In this document: positions 45,960-56,266 of the stretch, piece by piece
How the letters are laid out: every line of letters begins with the position of its first letter
How positions within the stretch are numbered: position 1 is the stretch's first letter
NCBI GenBank assembly: GCA_046536795.1
Contig: JAWDMB010000001.1
Coordinates: 10,449 to 74,448 of the forward strand
Reading direction: 5' to 3'
From: Candidatus Micrarchaeota archaeon
Lineage (GTDB): Archaea; Micrarchaeota; Micrarchaeia; Micrarchaeales; CABMGC01
DNA length: 64,000 nt
Translations under genes and position numbers: made by a program
Notes under the pieces: model-generated
Told to the model about the DNA's origin: nothing
The model's input: the letters and a program-made list of their open reading frames with translations, nothing else
The model's database searches: none

Positions 45960-48900
45960 TTGAATATTACTGATTATTTCAACAGCCTTTCTCAAAAATT
46001 TAATGAAGCATTTGAAGTAGCTGCTAAAGCACGCTCAAAAGGTTATGATCCAAAGACCGAGGTAGAGATAAAGCCAGCTCCCGACCTTGCAAGCCGCGTT
46101 GAAGGTATTATAGGCATACGAGGGCTCGCTGAGATGATAAGAAAGAACTACGGCAAAGATAAAACAGAGACAGCCTTCAAAGTGGTAAAAGAGGTCTGCA
46201 CAAATGAAATGTTTGCTTCTTATGAAACGCTAAAGAGAATAGAGCTCGCTACAAGGATTGGATTAGCAATAATAACAGATGGTGTAGTTGTTGCACCAAC
46301 AGAAGGTATACAAGGTGTTGCACGATACAGAAATAATGATAATACAGATTACATAGCAGTTATATACGCTGGCCCTATAAGAGGCGCTGGTGGTACTGCG
46401 GCTGCTCTTTCTGTTGCGTTTGCAGACTATGCAAGGCGCTTCTTCAATATAGGTGCATACAAACCCACGCAAGATGAAATCGAGAGATATGTTGAAGAGG
46501 TTGAACTTTATCATATGAAGCAGCATCTTCAGTATAGACCAAGCGATGATGATTTAAGAAGTATAGTAACCAACTGCCCTGTCTGCGTTGATGGGGTTGC
46601 AACAGAAGATGTTGAAGTTACTGCACATAGAGATATTAAAAGGATAGATTATAATGGAAAAGAGGTAGTTCTTACAAATAGGGTAAGAGGGGGCGTAGCT
46701 CTTGTACTCTGCGAAGGAATAGCCCAGAAGGCTAAGAAGCTCGTAAAAGAAGTGAAAAGCGGAAATCTGGATTGGGACTGGCTCAACACTATAATAAAGG
46801 TAAACAAGATTGAAAAGAGCGAGGATGAAGAAAAAGTCTCTGTGTTTTTGGAAGAGCTCGTCGCTGGAAGGCCTGTAATCGCTTACCCTGGCTATATTGG
46901 CGGTTTAAGACTTAGATACGGAAGAAGTAGGCTAACAGGAATAGCCGCAAAAGGTTTCAGCCCCGCCACCATGATTATATTGAACAATTTTGTAGCTATA
47001 GGAACGCAGCTCAAGGTGGAGCTTCCAGGAAAGGGCTGTGTTGCTTCGCCAGTAGATTCTATAGAGGGACCTTTTGTTGTTCTTAAATCGGGTGAGGCGT
47101 TAAGAATCAATACAGCAGAAAAGGCACTTGAGCTAAAAGATGAGGTAGCAAAGATAATCTCGCTTGGTGATATATTAATTACCTTTGGCGATTTTAGAAA
47201 ATCAAACACACCTATACAGCCGACAAGCTATGTTGAAGAATTCTGGAATCTTGAGCTAAAAAATGCGGGCTACGAGAAAGAGGTTAACAATCCTAGCTTT
47301 GAAGAAGCATACACGCTTGCGCTAACATACCATGTGCCTATACATCCAAAATACCTTTTTGAATTTCAGAGCATTGACATAAAAGAGCTTGAGGAGCTTG
47401 CAAAAGCAATAATAAGGAAATCCAAAATAGAATATAATGGCGATGAAAAACTGTTAAATATAGAAAGGCTTGTTATACAAGAGGGTAGCGTTAAGAATAC
47501 ATTAGAGCTCCTCCAAGTGCCACACAAAGTGGATGAATCTGGAATAATAATTGAAAAAGATTATGCAGAATCGCTTATAGCAAGCCTGGGCTTTGCAAAA
47601 GGAATTGAAGGTGAACTAGATATAAGCGAAAGGGTAATGGATAAATATGCAAACAGCAAAGATACCCTTGAAGCTGTGAACAGCGTTGCACCCTTCAAGA
47701 TACCGAAGCGCTCAACATATATAGGCGCAAGGGTTGGCAGGCCAGAAAAAGCAAAAGAGAGATTAATGAAGCCTGCACCAAATGTGCTATTCCCAATAGG
47801 TGATTATGGCGGCAAGGAAAGAAATATAACAAAGGCTTATATTATAGACGAGAAAAAGTTTAGCAATAAAGGGATAGAAGTTGAGATAGCAAATTATAAA
47901 TGTGAAAAGTGTAAGCGCTACTTACCAGGACCTTTCTGCTATGATTGCGAAACAAGAGCTGCCATAGAGAGGGTTTGCCCAAAATGTGGTTTTCATACCT
48001 ATAGCGAAAAATGCGAACGCTGCGGAAGCGAGACAGTAGGTTATGCAACTAGGAATATAGACATAAAGAGCCTTATTGTGGATGCGATGAAAAGGCTTAA
48101 GCTTGGAAAATTGCCAGACACACTAAAAGGGGTTAAAGGTCTTACAAACAAAAATAAAGTAGCTGAACCAATAGAAAAAGGTATTTTGAGAAGCTTACAC
48201 AATGTATATATATTCAAAGATGGTACAGCAAGGTTTGATGCAACAGATGTACCTATAACGCACTTCTATCCTGCAGAGATAGGTACAAGTATAGAAAGGC
48301 TAAAACAATTAGGCTATGAAAAAGATATTTATGGAAATGATCTTGTAAGCGATGACCAGCTTGTTGAGATAAGACACCAAGACGTTATAATAAATAGAAG
48401 GGGCGCTGAATACCTGCTTCGCGTTGCAAACTTTGTTGATGATTTGCTCGTTCATTTTTATGGCCTTGAACCTTATTATAATGCAAAGAGCATAGAAGAT
48501 CTTGTTGGACAGCTTGTAATCACTTTATCGCCACATACCTCATGCGGGGTAATGGGCAGGATAATAGGCTTTACCGATGCAAATGTGGGCTTTGCTCATC
48601 CTTATATGATCTCTGCAAGAAGAAGGAACTGCGATGGTGATGAAGATACAACAATGCTTCTACTTGATGCACTCATAAATTTTTCGAGGGAGTATTTGCC
48701 AACAACAATAGGCGGCACTATGGATGCGCCACTTATATTAACAATTCATGTAATGCCTGAAGAGGTTGACGATGAAGTTCATTCAATGGAAACAATCACT
48801 TCTTATCCTCTTGAATTTTATCAGAAAAGCTATAGCTATCCATCACCAAGCGAGATTAATATAGAAACTGTAAAAGATAGACTTGATAAAGAAAGCAGAT

Positions 48901-49388
48901 TCTACAATATAAATATAACACATATTGATAGCAAAAACTCTATCGCTTCCGCACCAAAGAAGAGCGCTTATACAACATTCAAGAGCATGCATGAGAAGGT
49001 TGAGGCAGAATTTAAGCTTATGGATATGATAAACAGCGTTGACAAGAGAGATGCAGCTAAAAGGCTAATAATAAGCCACTTTATACCTGATCTTATAGGC
49101 AATCTGCATACCTTTTCTAAGCAAGAATTTAGGTGCAGCGTTTGCAATGCAAAATACAGGCGCGTTCCTTTAAGCGGAAAATGCCCGAAAGATGGTGGCA
49201 AGCTGTTGCTAACCGTATCAAAAGGAGGTATAGAAAAATACCTTGATTTGGCCCTTAATCTAGCAGATAGATATGAACTTGAGCCTTACATAAAACAAAG
49301 ACTTGCCTTGATAAGGGATGAAATAACCAATCTGTTTGATGAAAGCAGTATACCAACAAAACAGTTTAGCTTGTCAAACTTTATCTGA
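45960..49388 (+). CDS. dp2: DNA polymerase D large subunit (DP2)
   Basis: 1142 aa. N-terminus YF..L...F.EAFEVAAKARSKGYDP, Zn-finger clusters CEKCKR..CYDCE and CPKCG..CERCG, RRNCDGDEDT catalytic segment, C-terminal CSVCNAKYRRVPLSGKCPKDGGKL. No intein. Confidence 0.95.
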   Translation: MNITDYFNSLSQKFNEAFEVAAKARSKGYDPKTEVEIKPAPDLASRVEGIIGIRGLAEMIRKNYGKDKTETAFKVVKEVCTNEMFASYETLKRIELATRIGLAIITDGVVVAPTEGIQGVARYRNNDNTDYIAVIYAGPIRGAGGTAAALSVAFADYARRFFNIGAYKPTQDEIERYVEEVELYHMKQHLQYRPSDDDLRSIVTNCPVCVDGVATEDVEVTAHRDIKRIDYNGKEVVLTNRVRGGVALVLCEGIAQKAKKLVKEVKSGNLDWDWLNTIIKVNKIEKSEDEEKVSVFLEELVAGRPVIAYPGYIGGLRLRYGRSRLTGIAAKGFSPATMIILNNFVAIGTQLKVELPGKGCVASPVDSIEGPFVVLKSGEALRINTAEKALELKDEVAKIISLGDILITFGDFRKSNTPIQPTSYVEEFWNLELKNAGYEKEVNNPSFEEAYTLALTYHVPIHPKYLFEFQSIDIKELEELAKAIIRKSKIEYNGDEKLLNIERLVIQEGSVKNTLELLQVPHKVDESGIIIEKDYAESLIASLGFAKGIEGELDISERVMDKYANSKDTLEAVNSVAPFKIPKRSTYIGARVGRPEKAKERLMKPAPNVLFPIGDYGGKERNITKAYIIDEKKFSNKGIEVEIANYKCEKCKRYLPGPFCYDCETRAAIERVCPKCGFHTYSEKCERCGSETVGYATRNIDIKSLIVDAMKRLKLGKLPDTLKGVKGLTNKNKVAEPIEKGILRSLHNVYIFKDGTARFDATDVPITHFYPAEIGTSIERLKQLGYEKDIYGNDLVSDDQLVEIRHQDVIINRRGAEYLLRVANFVDDLLVHFYGLEPYYNAKSIEDLVGQLVITLSPHTSCGVMGRIIGFTDANVGFAHPYMISARRRNCDGDEDTTMLLLDALINFSREYLPTTIGGTMDAPLILTIHVMPEEVDDEVHSMETITSYPLEFYQKSYSYPSPSEINIETVKDRLDKESRFYNINITHIDSKNSIASAPKKSAYTTFKSMHEKVEAEFKLMDMINSVDKRDAAKRLIISHFIPDLIGNLHTFSKQEFRCSVCNAKYRRVPLSGKCPKDGGKLLLTVSKGGIEKYLDLALNLADRYELEPYIKQRLALIRDEITNLFDESSIPTKQFSLSNFI

Positions 49389-50696
49389 TTTAGAAACTTC
49401 TTTAACTGCATCTTCAAATATATCTAAGCCTTTTTCTATATTTTCCATCTTCATTGTAAGAGGAGGTATTATCCTTATTGAAGATATGCCTGCAGGAAGC
49501 AATAGAAGGCCGTTATTGAAACACTTATTTAATATTTCTTCTCTCTCTTTAATACCATATTCCTTTGTATACTTATTCTTTACAACTTCAACGCCTATCA
49601 TCATGCCTATGCCTCTAACGTCGCCTATAATCTCATAACTCTTTTCCATCTCTTTCAGTCTTTTCATTATGAAGGAACCTTTCTTCTTTATGGCTGTGCT
49701 CAAGCGCTTCATATTTCTCTTTACATAATCAAGAGAGGCGTTTGCCGCTGCTATCGATACTAAATTGCCACCAAATGTATTTGCATGCGAGCCTATAGGT
49801 ATTGTACCTAGAGAATTTCTTGAAATTGTTGCACCTATCGGCAAGCCCGCACCAAGAGCCTTAGCCATTGTATATATGTCTGCCTCTACACCAAAATTAT
49901 CTAGTGCGAGGAATTTGCCTGTTCGCATGTAGCCGGCTTGAACCTCATCATCAACAAGCAATATGCCATTTTCCTTTGCAAGTTTGCTGAGCCTTTTAAA
50001 ATAATCCTTTGGCGGCACTATATAGCCACCTTCTCCTTGTATAGGCTCTATAAATATGGCTGCAACCTCGCTTGGCTCAACCTCCTTGCTAAGTGGATAA
50101 TCTTTTATGAAATCAATACATGCAAAGTTGCATGAGGGATATTCCAAATGGAATGGGCATCTATAGCAATATGCAAAAGGAACATGTATTGTTGAGTTGA
50201 AAGGACCAAAGCCGGAGCGCTGTATATTTTTTGATGCTGTAAGCGAGAGCGAGCCCATTGTTCTTCCATGAAATGCGTTGTAAAATGCTATCGTATACTG
50301 CCTTTTTGTAAAGATTCTTGCAAACTTTAGCGCAGCTTCATTTGCTTCGGTGCCTGAATTCGAGAAAAAGACTTTTCCAAAACCCTTTGGAAACATTGTT
50401 ACAAGCTTTTCTGCAAACCTAACAGGAAGCTCTGAATAATAATCAGTAAAAGCTGAATGCATAAGCTTATCTATCTGTTGCTTTACCGCATTTCTTATTT
50501 GCTTATTTGCATTTACACCCAAATTGTATACAGCAATAAAACTTGAGAAATCTATAAACTTGTTGCCCGCAACATCATATACAAAATCGCCATCCCCATG
50601 CGAAGAAACGAATGGATAGCTTTCCCTTGTTGTGGGCATTATTACTCTTTTGTCCCTCTCAATAATATTCTTTATCTTCTTTGTTATTTTTATCAT
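49374..50696 (-). CDS. class III pyridoxal-phosphate aminotransferase (GabT/ArgD/LysJ-like)
   Basis: FSNSGTEANEAALKFAR, LLVDDEVQAGYMRTGKF, YTMAKALGAG (PLP lysine), YCYRCPF..C..C segment. Confidence 0.8.
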   Translation of the reverse strand: MIKITKKIKNIIERDKRVIMPTTRESYPFVSSHGDGDFVYDVAGNKFIDFSSFIAVYNLGVNANKQIRNAVKQQIDKLMHSAFTDYYSELPVRFAEKLVTMFPKGFGKVFFSNSGTEANEAALKFARIFTKRQYTIAFYNAFHGRTMGSLSLTASKNIQRSGFGPFNSTIHVPFAYCYRCPFHLEYPSCNFACIDFIKDYPLSKEVEPSEVAAIFIEPIQGEGGYIVPPKDYFKRLSKLAKENGILLVDDEVQAGYMRTGKFLALDNFGVEADIYTMAKALGAGLPIGATISRNSLGTIPIGSHANTFGGNLVSIAAANASLDYVKRNMKRLSTAIKKKGSFIMKRLKEMEKSYEIIGDVRGIGMMIGVEVVKNKYTKEYGIKEREEILNKCFNNGLLLLPAGISSIRIIPPLTMKMENIEKGLDIFEDAVKEVSKSDKV

Positions 50697-50717
50697 ATTT
50701 TAGGTTTACCAGAAAAC

Positions 50718-50984
50718 TTATTTATGCGTTGCCTTTTCTTTTTTCTGTTCTTCGCTTTTCTCTAACGTTATTCCCAGTACTCTTTGGAGTTGCGCTTTGT
50801 CGTTTGGATCTATCTTTTCGCTGAGAAACTCCAAATGCTTGACATTGCATTTTCTTTCCTTTGGTCTTTCTGCAGTTATTATATTTACAAAATTCTTGTC
50901 TATGATCTTTGTAATCACCGCTCTACTTCCGGCATCTCTTCCGAACTTTTTAATACACACTCTTCCTACTTCTATTAAAGCCAA
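50718..50984 (-). CDS. rpl14e: ribosomal protein eL14 (L14e)
   Basis: KOW-like IEVGRVCIKKFGRDAGSRAVI..IDKNFV.I, and its position after cmk. Confidence 0.8.
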   Translation of the reverse strand: MALIEVGRVCIKKFGRDAGSRAVITKIIDKNFVNIITAERPKERKCNVKHLEFLSEKIDPNDKAQLQRVLGITLEKSEEQKKEKATHK

Positions 50985-51013
50985 TTAATCACCCTTACCT
51001 TTCTTATTTTTCT

Positions 51014-51592
51014 TTATTGCTTTTTATCTTTTTTCTTTATTGCTTTTCTCCTGCTTTTCTTTATCCCTTCTATTATAATGTTTGCTACCTCCTTTGGGGA
51101 AAGTTTTTCTGTATCTATTACCAAATCGAATGGCTTCTTATCTTTTCCAAAGTTTATGCCATAGAGCCTTTTATATAAGAGGTAGTTTTCCCTATCTCTT
51201 TTCTTTATTATTTCTGCTGCTTTCTCGATGCTTATCTTGTCCCTTTTTGCAAGCCTCTTAGCCCTTTCTTCTGAGCTTGCATCGAGCCAAACCTTGTAGC
51301 CTGTTTTTGAGAGCCATGGCATCACGTAGCTTGCTATTACTATGTTGCCCCTCTTTATTATGCGCAGCACGGCTCTATCTACGCTTTTGTCTATCTCTTC
51401 GTTCTTCTCGCGCAATCTTAGAGCAGAAAAGCCACTTGCTGTGTCCCAGTAGTCGTTTGATGCTGCTTCAGTGAATTTCGATTTTAAGATGTCACCAACG
51501 TTTATCGCTTTCACGTTTAGCTTCTTTGAAATAATCTCCGCAACTGTACTCTTACCAGACGCTGGCAAACCAGATATTATTATCGCTTTCAT
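51014..51592 (-). CDS. cmk: cytidylate kinase (archaeal type)
   Basis: IIISGLPASGKSTVAEIISKKL P-loop, and the conserved eL34-cmk-eL14 gene order. Confidence 0.75.
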   Translation of the reverse strand: MKAIIISGLPASGKSTVAEIISKKLNVKAINVGDILKSKFTEAASNDYWDTASGFSALRLREKNEEIDKSVDRAVLRIIKRGNIVIASYVMPWLSKTGYKVWLDASSEERAKRLAKRDKISIEKAAEIIKKRDRENYLLYKRLYGINFGKDKKPFDLVIDTEKLSPKEVANIIIEGIKKSRRKAIKKKDKKQ

Positions 51593-51598
51593 AAACAG

Positions 51599-51925
51599 CT
51601 AATGCGAAATAAGCTGCAATACATAATTCCTTTGCTTTATTCCTATCTCGTTGAGCTTTAGCTCGCCGTTCTCTATTCTGCTTGCAAGCTTAACTATGTC
51701 TGCCGCACAATTTGCACATAGTACGCCACCGAAGATTCTTGCATTAGCTCTTAAGCTCTTTCCTTTCGCATTCTTGCTAACATTAATACCGTTAAGCTCT
51801 TTACCGCATATAGCACAGTGCGGCCTATTGCTTGCCTTCTTTTTGTAATGCATTACATTTCTCTTTTTAGGCGTGACTCTAGCTAGCTTTCTTAAGCTTC
51901 TTGACCTATACATTGGTCTAGGCAC
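51599..51925 (-). CDS. rpl34e: ribosomal protein eL34 (L34e)
   Basis: MPRPMYRSRSLRKL.RVTP..R.V.HYKKK....P.CA.CGK.L.G. Confidence 0.85.
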   Translation of the reverse strand: MPRPMYRSRSLRKLARVTPKKRNVMHYKKKASNRPHCAICGKELNGINVSKNAKGKSLRANARIFGGVLCANCAADIVKLASRIENGELKLNEIGIKQRNYVLQLISH

Positions 51926-52001
51926 TTAAACACCCAAAATTAAGTATAAGATTAAAGAAAGAATATATATAAAATACTTTTTATCATCGCCTTAGCCTTA
52001 G

Positions 52002-52475
52002 TTAAGTTTTTGATTGCATCTCCGCTTGGTTTAGCTTTGTTTGTTGCTCCTTTTTCCTCCTATTTCTATCAATAAGCATAACTGAGAATGAAAGTATTAA
52101 TCCAAAGATAAAGACCACAATTATAAAGAATGTATTATATGCAAATTTTATGCCATCGATTATTACCTGGGGATGCGTAGGAAAGATTAAAGGAAGAAGC
52201 CAGTAGTAAACAACTAAGAATAGGGGCAGTATTATTATCATGGGCTTCATCTGGTTAATCATACTTTCTGATGCTAACGACATTACCTCTCGCTGTTTAA
52301 GCATAAGCTCTTCATTTTTTGCACCATTTTTAACCATATCGCTTAGCTCTTTGCTCTTTTGCTTTATTATTTCTTGTATCTCATAAACCTTTTTCATGTT
52401 AGCCATCTTTCTCTGAATTACAAAAGAAAAAAGTGTATAAAGAAGAGCAATAAGCACTATTAACAAAGCTATCAT
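52002..52475 (-). CDS. DUF106/EMC3-like membrane protein (archaeal Oxa1/YidC-like insertase candidate)
   Basis: 3 TM helices with a coiled cytoplasmic hairpin between TM1 and TM2. Conserved position between adk and rpl34e. Confidence 0.65.
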   Translation of the reverse strand: MIALLIVLIALLYTLFSFVIQRKMANMKKVYEIQEIIKQKSKELSDMVKNGAKNEELMLKQREVMSLASESMINQMKPMIIILPLFLVVYYWLLPLIFPTHPQVIIDGIKFAYNTFFIIVVFIFGLILSFSVMLIDRNRRKKEQQTKLNQAEMQSKT

Positions 52476-53080
52476 CTTATCAGCTCATTTAATGCTTTTT
52501 CAAGCTCGCCTGCTACCTCATCAGCCATACCTTCACTATTTCTAAATATGAGTATTGGTATATTGAGCTCTGAAGCAGCAGAAGCCATAAACGCAATGTT
52601 TAATGATCTCTGCGTATTTATCTCTTCCTCACTCTCATTTTCTCTCTTCCTGCTCTTATCCTTTTCGCGTCTTGCTATTATTTCCTTTGCGCTAGCATCT
52701 ATATAGATAAGCGCTTTTGTGTTCAGCTTCTTTAACTCACTTATTGAAAAGCCTGGCAGGAACCTGCCATTCTGCTCCACTGTGAGGTGTGTATCTATTA
52801 TAACATTGCCACCCTTTCTTATAAGTCCTCTTATGGCCCTTGCTCTAAGCTCCTTTTGCTCCTCAAAGCTCAAGTACCTGAGCTTATCCCTATCAGATAG
52901 CTTAGCGTATTTAAGTATTTCACTTCCCATATTAACAAGCTTTGCGTTCTTTAGTTTAACCTTGGAAAGGAGAGTAGATTTACCTGCCCCAGGAGTGCCA
53001 GCAATTATAAAGGATCTTATCTTTTCCACGCAATCAGATAAAAATAGGAGGAAAAATAATAAAAAACAAACTAATTTCAA
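52472..53080 (-). CDS. adkA: adenylate kinase (archaeal AdkA type)
   Basis: [24 protein letters not shown], position in the secY-distal cluster. The hydrophobic first 17 codons are doubtful, and GTG 53029 (VEKIRS) is a likely start. Confidence 0.75.
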   Translation of the reverse strand: MKLVCFLLFFLLFLSDCVEKIRSFIIAGTPGAGKSTLLSKVKLKNAKLVNMGSEILKYAKLSDRDKLRYLSFEEQKELRARAIRGLIRKGGNVIIDTHLTVEQNGRFLPGFSISELKKLNTKALIYIDASAKEIIARREKDKSRKRENESEEEINTQRSLNIAFMASAASELNIPILIFRNSEGMADEVAGELEKALNELIR

Positions 53081-54726
53081 TCCTCCATGCCTGCCCCTTC
53101 TCCGCCTGGAGTTGGGTTAGATGCTGGCTTGCTCTTCGCGCTTATCATATCATCTATTCTCAGTATTATCTCTGATGCCTCGCTTGCACTTATTATTGCC
53201 TGCTCCTTTACCTTGAGTGGTTCTATTACGCCTAGCTTCTCCATATCGCCTATAGTGTTCTTGTAAACGTCTACGCCATATACGCGGCCATCAGGGCTAT
53301 TGTGCTTGCTTCTCAGCTGCACCAAGGTATCGATAGGATCCATGCCAGCGCTCTCTGCAAGCGTCTTAGGGACTATTTCTATTGCGTCTGCAAATGCTTG
53401 TATAGCTAGTTGCTCTCTGCCGCCTGTATTGTTTGCATATGCGCGTAGGCCGTTTGCAACGTCTATTTCTATGCTGCCACCACCTATTACATACTTGCCT
53501 TCCTCTATCGCACTAGATATTGCACCTATCACATCGTTGAGTGACCTCTCTACTTCATTTACCACTTGCTGGGTGCTTCCTCTTATGAATATTGTAACGC
53601 TCTTTGGATCCTTGCATTTCTCTACAAAGACCATCTGCTCGCCTGCTATCTTGCGCTCTTCTACAAGGCCTGCGAATCCAAGATCTTTTTCTGATAGATC
53701 ATCAAGGCTTGTCACTATGTTAGCTCCTGTTGCCTTTGTGAGCTTCTCCATATCGCTCTTCTTTACACGCCTAACCGCCATTATGCCTGCTTTTGCAAGA
53801 TAGTGCTGTGCTACATCGTCTATGCCCTTTTCTACAAAAATCACATTTGCCTTGCTTGCCGCTATCTTATCTACCATTTCCTTTAACATCTTTTCTTCCT
53901 GTGCAAGGAATGCCTGCATCTGCTCTGGCGATGTTATCTCTATCCTTGCGTCTGTTTCTGTCTTCTCTATTTCAAGAGCAAGGTCAAGAAGCGCTATCCT
54001 TGCGTTCTTTACCGATTTCGGCATGCCTGGGTGAACGACCTCTTTATCTATAAGCACACCATTTATAAACTCTGTGTCTTCTATGCCGCCACCCTCCTTC
54101 TTTTCAAGCTTTATGAAGTCATGATCTATTACTATTTTGTTTCCATCCTTAGTAGCTACCTGCTTTATTGCTTGGATTGCAAGTTTTGATAAATATCTTT
54201 TTGTGCTCTCTCCGCCTATATTCTTTGAACCCAGAGATATCATTGCTATCTTTTCAAGCGTGTCCTCATCGTCCATGCTTACGTTGAAGCTCTTTTCCCT
54301 TAGCAACTCTTTTGCTTTTTCTGCTGCCATCTTATAGCCCTTTATTATTATTGTAGGGTGTATGCCCTGTTCTATAAGATTGCCTGCAGCTTTTAGAAGC
54401 TCTCCAGCAATTATTACCGCTGTTGTTGTACCATCGCCAACCTCTTTGTCTTGTGTTTTTGCTATGTCTACCATTATCTTTGCTATCGGGTGCTCGACAT
54501 TCATTTCTTCGAGTATTGTAGCACCATCGTTTGTTATTACTATATCTCCAAGTTCGCTTACCAGCATCTTGTCCATACCTTTAGGACCTAGCGTCGTCTT
54601 TACAGCGCTTGCTACAGCATAGCCCACAGCTATGTTTGTCCTCTGGGCTTCTCTGCCCAGTATTCTTGTAGCCCCTTCAGGCAAGATTAGATACTGTTGT
54701 CCTGCACCAAGCTGATTTTCGGCCAT
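53077..54726 (-). CDS. ths: thermosome subunit (group II chaperonin)
   Basis: [41 protein letters not shown]-terminal GGEGAGMED tail. Confidence 0.95.
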   Translation of the reverse strand: MAENQLGAGQQYLILPEGATRILGREAQRTNIAVGYAVASAVKTTLGPKGMDKMLVSELGDIVITNDGATILEEMNVEHPIAKIMVDIAKTQDKEVGDGTTTAVIIAGELLKAAGNLIEQGIHPTIIIKGYKMAAEKAKELLREKSFNVSMDDEDTLEKIAMISLGSKNIGGESTKRYLSKLAIQAIKQVATKDGNKIVIDHDFIKLEKKEGGGIEDTEFINGVLIDKEVVHPGMPKSVKNARIALLDLALEIEKTETDARIEITSPEQMQAFLAQEEKMLKEMVDKIAASKANVIFVEKGIDDVAQHYLAKAGIMAVRRVKKSDMEKLTKATGANIVTSLDDLSEKDLGFAGLVEERKIAGEQMVFVEKCKDPKSVTIFIRGSTQQVVNEVERSLNDVIGAISSAIEEGKYVIGGGSIEIDVANGLRAYANNTGGREQLAIQAFADAIEIVPKTLAESAGMDPIDTLVQLRSKHNSPDGRVYGVDVYKNTIGDMEKLGVIEPLKVKEQAIISASEASEIILRIDDMISAKSKPASNPTPGGEGAGMED

Positions 54727-54892
54727 TATATCACCATTTTACAATTAGCATACATTTTTTATGGGTATAGATTGATAAAAATCCTTTATATAATATATAA
54801 TCCAATAATCTTTTTATACTTATTCTTTCCTACTAGCCATATATTCGTGACTTTTACTTTGTTCTGCCTCAGAAATGCTATCGGTATAAACC

Positions 54893-55798
54893 TTATGGTG
54901 GCGTATAGCCACTATACCAATTGCTTACAAAATTTACATTGCTTGCTTGACCGTTGTTGCCGTTGCCACTATAATCGTTTGCATTGCCATTAAGTGGCCA
55001 CCATGCAACAAGGTGCTGCAAGTCAATAGGCGCACCGCCTATGCCTTCTTGATAAAGTGCCTGAATTTCGCTTGCTGAAAGAGAGGTGTTGTAGATTTGG
55101 ACGTTTGCAATTGAGCCATTAAAGTATCTGTCCCACTTGCCAATTTGACCTCCCCCAAAGTAGCCTATACATCCTATATATTTTCCATCAGGATACGCTA
55201 CATCATTTATATACCCACTATACGCTACACCGTTTTTCAAAACTAAAGCAGTAAATAGCCATTTATCTTTGAAATTACCTGATGCAAGCCAGTTATTACC
55301 TATGCTGGAGTTTCTAAGTTCAAATCTAAAAGAATTGTCATTATATTCTATGTCATCCCAGCCAGATTGGGCAGCGCCACTGACCCAAAAACCTACCACA
55401 CCCCCCATGGTTCCCGACATTCCAGAATCATATGACCACGCAACCAGAGTAAGATTGCAAAAGACACCTCTATATAAAGAAGAGGGTAAAACAGATATGA
55501 GACTACTTTGCCCATTAAACTGTGCCACATACTGCGGCAACTCGCCACTGCATATTCCTTCGAGGTTTATGAAAGAGGTTGTGTAAGGCCCATCTGGCCT
55601 AAAGACTTGACATGAGCCAGGTGGCGCTTTAGGAGCAAATGTCATTGGATTAAAAACGCCGAGCTGAAAAAGTGCTGCAAGCACGACGCTTATAATAAGT
55701 ATAGCCCAGCCATAAGTCATTAAGTACTCCATCGCGCTTTGCGCTTTCGATGAAGCCTTTCTTAAAGGCTTCTTCCTAAAAGTTTTCATAACACTCAA
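54893..55798 (-). CDS. class III signal peptide (type IV pilin-like) LamG-domain surface protein
   Basis: KAQSAMEYLMTYGWAILIISVVLAALFQLGVFN (archaeal prepilin-type signal), then a LamG-like body ending FNGSIANVQIYNTSLSASEIQALY. Confidence 0.7.
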   Translation of the reverse strand: MSVMKTFRKKPLRKASSKAQSAMEYLMTYGWAILIISVVLAALFQLGVFNPMTFAPKAPPGSCQVFRPDGPYTTSFINLEGICSGELPQYVAQFNGQSSLISVLPSSLYRGVFCNLTLVAWSYDSGMSGTMGGVVGFWVSGAAQSGWDDIEYNDNSFRFELRNSSIGNNWLASGNFKDKWLFTALVLKNGVAYSGYINDVAYPDGKYIGCIGYFGGGQIGKWDRYFNGSIANVQIYNTSLSASEIQALYQEGIGGAPIDLQHLVAWWPLNGNANDYSGNGNNGQASNVNFVSNWYSGYTPP

Positions 55799-55957
55799 AC
55801 ATACTAGCGTATTAAATTTTTAAAAAACCTTATTTTTCGATGCAGATAACCCTCGCGTGGGATTTAATATATCAAAACAAAGTTTTACGCCATAATGGTG
55901 GCAGCCAAGCAATTAGAAAGATTAATAAACTATTATTGAAATAAAAATAATGATTTT

Positions 55958-56263
55958 ATGGAGCAAAAGAGAACACTTAACCTGAAGCCTACTATAAAGA
56001 TACAGAATATTGTTGTAAGCGCGGATCTACACGCAACGATAGACCTTTATGCGCTCTCAAGAAATGTAAAGGAAGTTGACTACGAGCCTGAGCAGTTCCC
56101 TGGAGCGATATTTAGAATAAAAGAGCCAAAGGCTGTGATAATATTATTCAAGAACGGCAAGCTGATCTGCACGGGGTCAAGCACAGAAGCGGGCATAAAA
56201 AAGGTTCTCGAATACGCAACAAAGATTATATCAAAGTATGTGATAGATGAAGAGAAAGAATAG
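55958..56263 (+). CDS. single-repeat TATA-box-binding-protein (TBP) domain protein, 101 aa
   Basis: IKIQNIVVSADL...IDL..L.....VDYEPEQFPGAIFRIKEPKAVIILFKNGKLICTGSSTEAG matches one TBP repeat (best the C-terminal repeat: EYEPEQFPGVIYR..EPK.V.LLF.SGK.V..GAKS). There is an in-frame stop shortly upstream of the ATG. Confidence 0.8.
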   Translation: MEQKRTLNLKPTIKIQNIVVSADLHATIDLYALSRNVKEVDYEPEQFPGAIFRIKEPKAVIILFKNGKLICTGSSTEAGIKKVLEYATKIISKYVIDEEKE

Positions 56264-56266
56264 CCA

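Noticed and set aside
37844-49388. Possible inteins in polB, dp2 (and rfcL), which are common in archaeal replication genes.
   Set aside because: Protein lengths (793, 1142 and 406 aa) and uninterrupted catalytic motifs leave no room for an intein. No intein block motifs were seen.
50718-53080. The adkA - DUF106 membrane protein - rpl34e - cmk - rpl14e cluster as a potentially unusual arrangement.
   Set aside because: This is the standard conserved archaeal gene order at the distal end of the ribosomal spc/secY region, so it is ordinary.
53300-53803. Long antisense or alternative-frame ORFs in the track. Examples: 53300..53803, 54362..54622, 4933..5226, 5269..5553, 7369..7689, 27490..27846, 42393..42770, 34646..34963, 52719..53120, 96..305, 12043..12231.
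   Set aside because: All lie inside or opposite strongly supported conserved CDSs. Their translations are low-complexity (S/L/F/I-rich) shadows with no motifs.
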